64,000 nt of DNA from Promethearchaeota archaeon (GTDB lineage: Archaea; Asgardarchaeota; Lokiarchaeia; Sigyniarchaeales; SOKP01). Shown one piece after another: positions 55,978-64,000 of this stretch. A model generated the notes under the pieces. That model ran no database searches. It saw nothing but the letters and a program-made list of their open reading frames with translations, and was not told where the DNA came from. The position numbers were made by a program, and so were the translations under genes. Location of the stretch: the NCBI GenBank assembly GCA_016839765.1, contig JAEOTP010000012.1, positions 49,892-113,891 of the forward strand, in the 5' to 3' direction. The first letter of the stretch is position 1. Every line of letters begins with the position of its first letter.

Positions 55978-57564
55978 TTAAATCTTCCAGGGTTTATAGC
56001 CTGAATGAACCTTTATTAGATAATTATCTATAGAAATACCTAGCTCCTTTTCTGCTCTTCTTAAGGCTCCAAAATTTCCTCCATGTAAGTAATATTTAAT
56101 TAATAGTCCAGATATGGTCTGATCTCCTAAAGAAAAGATTGTTTGCATTCTTGCGTTCTTAACAATTTCTTTTGGGTTTTGAAATTTTAGTTTAACCGCT
56201 GGTATTTTTTTTAATGCTTTTTCTAATATTTGGAACTTAGATATTAAGAGTTTCAGATTGCTACTTAAATAAAAATTAATTTTGTTTTCATAGGGTGTAT
56301 TAAATTTGGGTACAAATGGGTTGATATTAACTTTTAGTGAATTAGTCTCAAAACCAATATCAGAGATCTGAGTTAATAGATTAATGATTTGCTCTATATC
56401 TTCGTCTCTCTCATCAGGTAATCCAATTAAAAAATAGAATTTTACATTTCTGATTTTTGAGTCTTTGATCTGTTCCAAAACTTCCATAATCTTCTCATTT
56501 GAAATTCTTTTCCCTAAGGAATATCGTAAAGTTTCAGTACCTGCTTCAGGTGCTATAGTTATTGATTTGATATTAGCTCTTTCAAGGACTTTAATTATTT
56601 TTGGAGTCAAATGATCTATTCTAATTGAGGGAATACTTAGTTTTTTACCTTGATTCACAATATAATCACAAATTTCATAAAATTTAGGATGAGATGATAC
56701 ACAAGAGCCAATTAGAGATATTTTTTCAAATTGCGTTTTTATAATTGCTTCTTCAATTGTCTTTCGAATGTTTTCATAACTTCTATTTCGAAAAGGAGAA
56801 TTATGAAATGAAGATATGCAGAATTTACATTGAAATGGACATCCTCTATTGATTTCAATAAAAAAGTTTTCTTCAAAAATTTTTTTAGTAGTTATTGCCT
56901 TGGAAATTAATTGAAAAATAGGAATAGGAGACTTGTCGATATTTTCTAGTATTGCTCTTTTTGTTTCATTTTTTAAACTTGGAATATAGATCCCATTTAT
57001 CAACTTTGATTGTTGAAGGAGCTCTTGAAAATTAATTTTACCCGTTTTAAACTTCAAAAATGTAGCTAAAAAAAGATTAAGATTTGGTTCACAATCCCCA
57101 ATGAAAAATAGATCGAAAATATCATTAAGAAGTAATGGATTTGAGGTAATCACATGACCACCCCCTATAATTAGTGGATATTTGAATCCTTCTTTCAAAT
57201 TTGTTTCCCTACGTTTTTGTGAATAAAGAGGGATACCTGATTTTTCTATAATCCATAGAATATTTCTAAAATCATTTTCATAGTGAATAGAAAATCCTAA
57301 TATATCAAAATCGATAGGAGATATTTTATTTTCAATACTCCTTACACTATCATCAGAAGTATGGTTTACTAAGGCAGGAAACCGTATCCTTCTGGGAAGA
57401 AATATTCTTTCACATACATAGTTTTCATTAGAATTAATAAGATAATAAAGTAGCCTTATAGTATATGAAGAGATCCCCAATTCATAATAATTTGGATATA
57501 CTAAACCAAAAGATAAGTCAATTTTTCTCCAGTCTTTTTTAATTACACTAATTTCATTCATCAA
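55978..57564 (-). CDS. B12-binding-domain radical SAM protein
   Basis: It has a CxxxCxxC cluster (NRGCPFQCKFC) after an N-terminal Rossmann-like B12-binding-type domain. Confidence 0.7.
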   Translation of the reverse strand: MMNEISVIKKDWRKIDLSFGLVYPNYYELGISSYTIRLLYYLINSNENYVCERIFLPRRIRFPALVNHTSDDSVRSIENKISPIDFDILGFSIHYENDFRNILWIIEKSGIPLYSQKRRETNLKEGFKYPLIIGGGHVITSNPLLLNDIFDLFFIGDCEPNLNLFLATFLKFKTGKINFQELLQQSKLINGIYIPSLKNETKRAILENIDKSPIPIFQLISKAITTKKIFEENFFIEINRGCPFQCKFCISSFHNSPFRNRSYENIRKTIEEAIIKTQFEKISLIGSCVSSHPKFYEICDYIVNQGKKLSIPSIRIDHLTPKIIKVLERANIKSITIAPEAGTETLRYSLGKRISNEKIMEVLEQIKDSKIRNVKFYFLIGLPDERDEDIEQIINLLTQISDIGFETNSLKVNINPFVPKFNTPYENKINFYLSSNLKLLISKFQILEKALKKIPAVKLKFQNPKEIVKNARMQTIFSLGDQTISGLLIKYYLHGGNFGALRRAEKELGISIDNYLIKVHSGYKPWKI

Positions 57565-57596
57565 AAAATTCCAAAATCTCTAAAAAATATAAAAAT

Positions 57597-58397
57597 TTAA
57601 TTATTACCATCCTGTTCTTGTTGCATATTCTTAATTTTTTCAACAATTAAAGGTAAAACTATTCCCGTCTTATGACGAATTACAACTTCAGCACGTTTAT
57701 CTAAATGTGTTGGTTGATCGTTAACTATAATTAATTTGCCACCATCTCTTAAAGTGTATAAAGGTAAATCACATATAGGTGCTACTTCTAATGATGATCC
57801 TGCAATTAACATTATATCCGCTTTCTGTGCCAATGCTCGTGATTGATATATTTCAAAAGTCGGCAAACCTTCTCCAAATAATACAACTGAGGGTTTTAAA
57901 GGTGCTGAACAAAAATCACATAACGGACCCCCTTTTTTTTCCTTTTTCAACTTTCGCATAATCTGGTCTTTTGTATAAGAAGATTTACATCCTAAGCAAT
58001 TAAATCGATTTATGTTTCCATGGACCTCATATACTATAATTGAGCCTGCTTTTTGGTGAAGCTCATCAACATTTTGAGTAATAACTGCTTTAAGAATATC
58101 CATTTTTTCTAATTCTGCTAGAGCATAATGACCCGGGTTTGGTTTTGCTTTAAAAAGGTTTGGGGCAATTTCTTGAGCTAGTTCCCAGAATTTTGCTGGA
58201 TTCTTTAAAAATGCTTGGATGTTACCATAAATTTCAGGTTTATATTTTTCCCAAATGCCGCCATCTCCACGGAAATCTGGAATTCCAGATTCTGTTGAAA
58301 CTCCTGCTCCAGTTAATACGATTGCCTCTTTTGAATTATATAATAATTCAGCAGCTCTTCGAATTTTTGTCTTTTCTTCTAATTTAACAATCTTCAT
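57597..58397 (-). CDS. cobB: NAD-dependent protein deacylase, Sir2 family
   Basis: It has GAGVSTESGIPDFRG, TQNVDELH, a catalytic H in EVHGN, and zinc ribbon cysteines (CLGC...CDFC). Confidence 0.9.
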   Translation of the reverse strand: MKIVKLEEKTKIRRAAELLYNSKEAIVLTGAGVSTESGIPDFRGDGGIWEKYKPEIYGNIQAFLKNPAKFWELAQEIAPNLFKAKPNPGHYALAELEKMDILKAVITQNVDELHQKAGSIIVYEVHGNINRFNCLGCKSSYTKDQIMRKLKKEKKGGPLCDFCSAPLKPSVVLFGEGLPTFEIYQSRALAQKADIMLIAGSSLEVAPICDLPLYTLRDGGKLIIVNDQPTHLDKRAEVVIRHKTGIVLPLIVEKIKNMQQEQDGNN

Positions 58398-58701
58398 TAC
58401 CTAAATCAGCCACTTCATCAGATTAATTACTATTTATTCTGCAGACTTTTGTTTCTATTAAGAAATCTCCTTAGATCATCTCTAAATGGATGAATTATTT
58501 TATATTTATATTATGAATTATTAAAATTTATTTATTATAAGATATTTTAAAAATTTTCAGAAAAAACTACTTAAATATTTAAAATTTAATCTTGAGATCA
58601 TTTGTTATCTCAATATCATAAAAAATTAAAATTTTGAATAATTTTAAATTTATGTAGATATACGATCATAATTGAAAAACTATTACTTCAAGATTTTACT
58701 C

Positions 58702-59589
58702 ATGATAACTGGTTTTGCTATTATTTTAGATGACGAAATTCTCTACATTTCAAATGAAAATAAATTTCTGATGTTTGAAATAGTATTATTTATAGAAAAA
58801 TTAATTCGTAGTATAAATCCTAATAATGGTTGGCGTTTGAAAAATATCTTTTTTGAAGGTAAATCTGGCAGAGAAAGTATGATAATCAGGCATGTTGTTA
58901 CTGAAGATCTTCAAAATCTTTATTATTGTATAACAGGTGATTTTCTATCAAATTCTGAAGAAGCAGATAACCTGTTAAAAGAATTTTATGAAAAGGTTAA
59001 TGCAAATTATGATGACTTAAATAAATTTGGGGAATATTCAAAAAAATCTGAATTTTCTAAGGTTATTAGATTAATTACTGGATATTTGTGGGATAAATAT
59101 CATTACCCACTAGAAGATGAGGAAATTAAATATACGTATGCCCAAATAGAGAATAAAATTATTTATTGTGGAATTTCTGCCCAAGGATTACCAATTATCT
59201 CTCAATTGTATGATACATCACTATTAAATGACCTTAAGCGAGAGATTACTAATGAAAATATCGAAATATTTAGTTCAAATTTATCAGCAAGATTAGCTAC
59301 AATAGCAATGAATACTCAAATCCGAGCACAGATGAGTATCAAAGAAATTCAGTTTGATGATTTATTAGAGAATACAAGTAAAAAATTGATATTATTTGGA
59401 GATCTCAATGGTTATTCTCTTGATTTTGTGGCATCGGGTGATTTTAATAGAATTAAAGAGATATTTAAGCAACTAGTAGAAAGAGTTTCACAAGAAGAGA
59501 TATTAAAGCAAGAGTTTTCGGGGGATTTAAAACCATATCGTTCATTGAAAACTTACTTAAATGAAATTATCCAAGAATTTGATCAATAA
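58702..59589 (+). CDS. Paralogous two-domain longin-like + roadblock-like protein (hypothetical)
   Basis: It has the same secondary-structure rhythm as 54505..55311: GFAIILDDEILYISN / FLMFEIVLFIEKLIRS / LKNIFFEG-SMIIRHVV-LYYCITGD / EEADNLLKEFYEKV. A second domain has IIYCGISAQGLPIISQ ... KLILFGDLNGYSLDFVASGD ... IKEIFKQLVERV. The ATG at 58702 is preferred over the TTG at 58672. Confidence 0.4.
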   Translation: MITGFAIILDDEILYISNENKFLMFEIVLFIEKLIRSINPNNGWRLKNIFFEGKSGRESMIIRHVVTEDLQNLYYCITGDFLSNSEEADNLLKEFYEKVNANYDDLNKFGEYSKKSEFSKVIRLITGYLWDKYHYPLEDEEIKYTYAQIENKIIYCGISAQGLPIISQLYDTSLLNDLKREITNENIEIFSSNLSARLATIAMNTQIRAQMSIKEIQFDDLLENTSKKLILFGDLNGYSLDFVASGDFNRIKEIFKQLVERVSQEEILKQEFSGDLKPYRSLKTYLNEIIQEFDQ

Positions 59590-59620
59590 TTTCTAATAAT
59601 ATGCTCATTTCTAAATATTT

Positions 59621-60919
59621 ATGAAAGCTGTTATTCTAGCAGCTGGAAAAGGAAAGCGATTAAGGCCTATCACAGCCACTAGACCAAAGCCTCTAATTCC
59701 TATAGCTGGAAAACCCTTAATGGAGTACACTATTTTAGGTTTAATTGATGCGGGAATTGATGAGCTATTATTAGTTGTAGGATATAAGGAAGAAATGATT
59801 AAGGCCTACTTTGGGGGATATGAAGAAAATTTTGATATTAAAATTAATTATCGTACTCAAGAAGAATATTTAGGAACGGCTCATGCCACTGGATATGCTA
59901 AGGATTTTGTTAGAGACGATGATTTTCTACTTATTTATGGTGATTTATTAGTTGATCCAAAAATATTTAAAGAGTTAATTCAAAAATTTAAAACAACACC
60001 CTGTGAAGGATTAATTTCCTTAATTGAGGTTAATATTCCACATAACTATGGAATAATATCACTTGATTCAAATGGATTTGTAGAAAAAATTACTGAGAAG
60101 CCTTCTCCCGATTTAAATTTAGGCAACCTCGCAAATGCAGGAATATATTTATTTAAATCTAAAATTTTTAAAGCGATCGAGAAAACTAATAAATCAATCA
60201 GAGGAGAGTATGAATTTACTGATTCCATGGAAATTCTACTTAATCAAATGGCTGGAAGGATTTATGGTTATAATATCAACAATTTTTATTGGAATGATAT
60301 TGGCTTACCATGGCAGCTTTTAGATGCAAACAAATACATTTTAGATAATCAAAAGGGTAAATTATTAGGAAAAGTTGAAAAAAATGCTTTTATTTCAGGA
60401 GAAATATATATAGGAGAAGCAACGATTATAAAATCCGGAACCTATATTCAAGGACCTTGTTATATTGGTAAAAATTGTTTAATTGGTCCAAATGCTTTTA
60501 TTCGACCATATACTTCAATTGGAGATAATTGTCATATAGGAATGTCTGAAACGAAGAACTCACTTATTTTTTCAAATACTGCAGTTCCACATTTCAATTA
60601 CATAGGAGATAGTATTGTTTGCGAGAATGTTAATCTCGGGGCGGGTACAAAATTATCAAACTTACGTTTTGATAATTGTAATATAGAAATGAACATAGAT
60701 GGAAAACTAATTGATTCAGGGCAAAGAAAGTTAGGAGCAATTATTGGACCTAAATCTCAAACTGGAATCAATGCCAGTATAATGTGTGGAAAAATTGTAG
60801 GGGAAAATTCAGTTATCGGTGCCCATACATTAGTAAATGAAGATATTCCCCCAAATACTCTCTATTATCAAGATTCTGATGGAAAGATTATAAAAAAACC
60901 AAATACTTTCTTAAATTAG
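59621..60919 (+). CDS. Bifunctional-type sugar-1-phosphate nucleotidyltransferase with left-handed beta-helix (GlmU-like archaeal enzyme)
   Basis: It has the AAGKGKRLRPIT nucleotide-binding motif. The C-terminal half has hexapeptide repeats (IGKNCLIGPNAFI, IGDNCHIG, NVNLGAGT). Confidence 0.75.
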   Translation: MKAVILAAGKGKRLRPITATRPKPLIPIAGKPLMEYTILGLIDAGIDELLLVVGYKEEMIKAYFGGYEENFDIKINYRTQEEYLGTAHATGYAKDFVRDDDFLLIYGDLLVDPKIFKELIQKFKTTPCEGLISLIEVNIPHNYGIISLDSNGFVEKITEKPSPDLNLGNLANAGIYLFKSKIFKAIEKTNKSIRGEYEFTDSMEILLNQMAGRIYGYNINNFYWNDIGLPWQLLDANKYILDNQKGKLLGKVEKNAFISGEIYIGEATIIKSGTYIQGPCYIGKNCLIGPNAFIRPYTSIGDNCHIGMSETKNSLIFSNTAVPHFNYIGDSIVCENVNLGAGTKLSNLRFDNCNIEMNIDGKLIDSGQRKLGAIIGPKSQTGINASIMCGKIVGENSVIGAHTLVNEDIPPNTLYYQDSDGKIIKKPNTFLN

Positions 60920-60933
60920 AAATTTAATAACTT

Positions 60934-62661
60934 TTAATCTTTGCTTAATGTTCTTTTTTTAAATTCACGTAGTAATTTAGAGAATTTAAGTGGTTTTTCT
61001 ATATGATTTAATTCTCGAAGTGCTTGTTCCTGATATGCGATAAAAAGTTCATTCGAAAATCCTTCCCAGTCTTTACAAATCTCTAATGTTTTTTCATCAT
61101 TTTTCAATAGACTCTCATGAGATATTATTCTTAAGAATTCACTTGCATATTCTTCTATTAAATCATTATTAGCTCCCTGTAGCAAATCTCTAATAAAGTC
61201 GTCAGGAGGGTACCAGTCTATTACTCTCTGAAAATCTCGATGTATTTGAGTTAACAATACATTACGTGGGCCTTCCCATAATTCTTGAACAAAAGCATCA
61301 CGCACAAAACGTGGGAAGCATAAAAAATCTTCCATTACCCCATGACCGCCAAAAAAAGATATTGCCATTCTTATCATTTTAGGACATTCATCTGCTACTA
61401 CTATTTTTTGAAGCATTATTAGTTCACGTAATCTATATCGACGTTTTCTTTCCTCAAGATCCTCAATTTTTTGTAAATCCCTTATGCCACTAATTAATTC
61501 TTCTTTAAAGTGTATAAATTCTGAAAAAACTTTAAAAGCTCCCACTGCAGTTCTCTTGGCAAAATGATCTAATTCGTTAATTTGATTTATCATCATAGGG
61601 AAAGATGAAACTGATATGCCAAATGCAGTTCTAAATTTTGCATATAATATCGCTTCTCTAACTACTCTTAAAGCTCCAGCTGCCATGCCAAATGCAACAT
61701 GTAATCTAGATAAAGAAAGTACTATTCCCACCACATTAGCCAAACCTTTCTCAAGTGGACCAACAGGATAGGCAACTGCTCCATTGTAGGTGATTTCAGC
61801 TGTTGGTAGTTCAGCAGTTCCTAATTTTGGTTTTAGGCGATCTATTGTATATGAGTTTCTAATTTCTCTTTCCTTATTATCTGGAAGCCATGCTGGCACC
61901 ACAAATGCTGCTACCCTGGTTGATGAAGGAGAATCCTTAGGTTTAGCTGTAACAAGTGCATAATCTGTGTGGACTGCTGAACAAAAGAACTTTTGACCAT
62001 AAAGTCTCCATACATTTGATATACTATCTGGATCATCTTCTTTTTCAAATACTGCTTCAACAAGATTGGCAGGTACATCACTTCCCCCCTGTATCTCACT
62101 GACAAACTGAGAACCTCTAGCATATTCTCCATTTTTCCCATCTCTTAAATAATTAAGTATGTCGAAGGCTTTAGGAGATAATTCATTTTCATATTTCTGT
62201 AAAAGCCATATAAGACCATGAGTACAAGCTACTGGACACATCACACCAGCTTCTCCATTTTCATATAATAAAAACATTTTCATAAATCTACTCCATGCTG
62301 TATTTCTATTTGGATCCCAGAGTCCAAGGCTAAAAACTTCACGTTCTAGGGTTTCTGTTTCCCAACAACGTTCGATTCTGTCAATTCGATGATTATGTGC
62401 ATCATAATGTTTAATTTTAGTAACTTTAATTCTATTTTCTAGTTCGGTTGATTTATCAGCAAGATCCTTCCATTTATACGAAACATAATCGGATAAAGCA
62501 GAAAGGTCACGATTGATTATCTCATATTGATCAGGAGGACAATAATGTCTGACTAAAACTTGAAGAAATTCATCATCTCGATAATAATTAAAATTATCTC
62601 TTACATATAGATAATCATCAAAGGAATATGGATTATTTCTGTTGCCTTCTTCATTAGACAC
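60934..62661 (-). CDS. Acyl-CoA dehydrogenase family protein (AidB-like long form)
   Basis: It has SEIQGGSDV (a mid-domain FAD/substrate block), FFGGHGVMED and LWEGPRNVL motifs. At 575 aa it has the extra N/C regions of AidB-type members. Confidence 0.65.
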   Translation of the reverse strand: MSNEEGNRNNPYSFDDYLYVRDNFNYYRDDEFLQVLVRHYCPPDQYEIINRDLSALSDYVSYKWKDLADKSTELENRIKVTKIKHYDAHNHRIDRIERCWETETLEREVFSLGLWDPNRNTAWSRFMKMFLLYENGEAGVMCPVACTHGLIWLLQKYENELSPKAFDILNYLRDGKNGEYARGSQFVSEIQGGSDVPANLVEAVFEKEDDPDSISNVWRLYGQKFFCSAVHTDYALVTAKPKDSPSSTRVAAFVVPAWLPDNKEREIRNSYTIDRLKPKLGTAELPTAEITYNGAVAYPVGPLEKGLANVVGIVLSLSRLHVAFGMAAGALRVVREAILYAKFRTAFGISVSSFPMMINQINELDHFAKRTAVGAFKVFSEFIHFKEELISGIRDLQKIEDLEERKRRYRLRELIMLQKIVVADECPKMIRMAISFFGGHGVMEDFLCFPRFVRDAFVQELWEGPRNVLLTQIHRDFQRVIDWYPPDDFIRDLLQGANNDLIEEYASEFLRIISHESLLKNDEKTLEICKDWEGFSNELFIAYQEQALRELNHIEKPLKFSKLLREFKKRTLSKD

Positions 62662-62816
62662 GTTAATAACCTTATATTAAAATTATTTTGAATAACGTTA
62701 TTAATCAATTAATTTCTTTATTTTATAAAATTAATGTAATTCAAAAAGTAGAATTCTTCTAAATAAAAAATTCATAAAAAAAAAATAGCTTTATACTAAA
62801 TTCTAAAAAATTATTA

Positions 62817-63593
62817 TTAGTCCTTTTTATTTGAACTATCACTCTCAGAATCTTTAGAAGCTTTTGCGTGGGCGTATTTTTTAACATTAATCCTTTCAGT
62901 TCTTCTAATCTCACTTTTTCGCGAACGTTTTACTTCAACTTCAACAATATCAAAATCCTCTTCTTTAGGAATGTATAATTTATCTTCACCACCTTCAGGT
63001 ATAGATAATATTTTACTCTTAACTATCGTACAATTAGATAATGGATAGATGGTTTTGGCAACTCTAGTAATTTGATTTTCAAATTCATGATAAATAATTC
63101 CATTAGAGAACTTCTCATGGTTCAGATTTTTAGCAAATTCTTTAAGAATTTCCGAGATGATTTTTCTAATAATTACTTGCTGAGAACTTCTTGCTCTTCT
63201 TATTGTGGTACATATGGTGGTAAGCCGGAAAGTCCATTTATCTTTTGTAGTTAGGTTTAGAATTACTTGAACTTTTGAACTTCCTCTCCCGATTAATGAC
63301 CGTATATAATCATTTGTATACTGATGACCCCAAAAAATGCTATTACATGTACTTCCTTCTGGATTCAAATCTACGATTTTAAATCTTAACTTTAAACTTA
63401 TATCTGTATAATCATTGGTGATATCATATAGTAGAATTTCAACTGTTCTTCCTAATATATTATTTTGGAATCCAATAACTTCCCCAATCTCTCTAAAATT
63501 GAAACTCTTTGGAGCTATTACAGTGAACCAATTCTTATCTTTGAAAGAAATTTTTTTAGTTTTAGGTTTCCTTTTTCTAGTTTTCTGACTCAT
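62817..63593 (-). CDS. rps3ae: Ribosomal protein eS1 (S3Ae)
   Basis: It has KDKNWFTVIAPKSF, GRTVEILLYDIT, SLIGRGSSKV and TTIRRARSSQ blocks, plus a ~60-aa charged C-terminal tail. Confidence 0.85.
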   Translation of the reverse strand: MSQKTRKRKPKTKKISFKDKNWFTVIAPKSFNFREIGEVIGFQNNILGRTVEILLYDITNDYTDISLKLRFKIVDLNPEGSTCNSIFWGHQYTNDYIRSLIGRGSSKVQVILNLTTKDKWTFRLTTICTTIRRARSSQQVIIRKIISEILKEFAKNLNHEKFSNGIIYHEFENQITRVAKTIYPLSNCTIVKSKILSIPEGGEDKLYIPKEEDFDIVEVEVKRSRKSEIRRTERINVKKYAHAKASKDSESDSSNKKD

Positions 63594-63600
63594 TGTAAGA

Positions 63601-64000
63601 TTACCTCATCACTATTGTTCTTATCTTTTCTGGATCGTATTTAAAGTCTGGTTCGAGTTCTCCCTTCTTTTTGTAATATTTGATTAGTCTATAAACTTTT
63701 GATTCAGTTCTATTAAGACCCTTTTTAGCTTCTAAATCTTTATGATTCGCTTCTAGGTGTTTTCTGATAGTTAATGCTTTTTTAACCAAATTTGATAAAT
63801 CTTCAGGTAATGGTGCTTCAATTTCATTTTCTTCAAGAATTTGGCTAATTGATTTACCAGTAACGACTTTTACCAATGGAACACCATAAGAATCTCGAAG
63901 AGTGGTACCTATTCTAGATTTAGAAATGCCTTTTCTAGCTAATTTTACCACTTCACTTTCTACTTCTTCTCCGCTAAGTTCCACCCAAACAGGCTTTTCC
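63601..64000 (-). CDS. rps15: Ribosomal protein uS15 (S15P/S13e), N-terminus outside the window
   Basis: PVWVELSGEEVESEVVKLARKGISKSRIGTTLRDSYGVP...KKALTIRKHLEANHKDLEAKKGL...RLIKYYKK parallels eukaryotic S13. The frame stays open to nt 64000, and the ORF-track start at 63984 is an internal GTG. Confidence 0.85.
   Translation of the reverse strand, partial: EKPVWVELSGEEVESEVVKLARKGISKSRIGTTLRDSYGVPLVKVVTGKSISQILEENEIEAPLPEDLSNLVKKALTIRKHLEANHKDLEAKKGLNRTESKVYRLIKYYKKKGELEPDFKYDPEKIRTIVMR

Noticed and set aside
1-64000. Search for CRISPR arrays, IS elements, rRNA genes and long tandem repeats.
   Set aside because: I saw no regularly spaced repeat-spacer structure, no terminal inverted repeats around a transposase-like ORF and no rRNA-like GC-rich block. 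The only direct repeats found are the 30-bp pair at 21.3 kb and the 40-bp pair at 35.9/36.7 kb.

Overview
This is a strongly AT-rich, gene-dense archaeal chromosomal segment. It holds about 60 credible protein genes on both strands, 2 tRNA genes (one with an insertion), and 2 decayed genes. I saw no rRNA, no CRISPR array and no recognisable transposase or integrase. The gene content points to an Asgard (Lokiarchaeia-like) archaeon.

The centrepiece is a compact eukaryote-type ESCRT module at 31.0-34.8 kb. It comprises a Vps22/36-like EAP30 protein, a Vps25-like protein with a long coiled-coil N-extension, a Vps4 MIT-AAA ATPase, and a Vps2/24/46-type ESCRT-III with a MIM-like tail. Within 2 kb downstream lie a repeat-flanked 0.8 kb cassette and a Rab/Ras-like small GTPase with altered G3/G4 motifs.

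Other eukaryote-flavoured genes are a HEAT+LRR protein (22.5 kb), two paralogous two-domain proteins that read as longin + roadblock folds (54.5 and 58.7 kb), a NIP7-like PUA protein, and r-proteins eS1 and uS15.

The rest is housekeeping and metabolism:
- a CDF transporter
- a persulfide-dioxygenase-like MBL-rhodanese cluster
- MtnA, Dus, glycogen phosphorylase, acyl-CoA ligase
- two NDP-sugar pyrophosphorylases
- Pgk, a GH20-like and a GH2 glycosidase
- LarB/LarC plus NikR
- rubrerythrin, a radical SAM protein, a sirtuin, an acyl-CoA dehydrogenase
- many orphan membrane proteins

The ESCRT module is a known Asgard hallmark, not a new system. The least explained leads are:
- the longin/roadblock pair plus the divergent GTPase, which may form a GTPase-regulator system
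- the repeat-bounded cassette beside the ESCRT genes
- the roughly 17-nt D-loop insertion in tRNA-Val
- several domain-architecture oddities

All functional calls come from reading the translations by eye. No database search or structure prediction was possible, and start codons are provisional.
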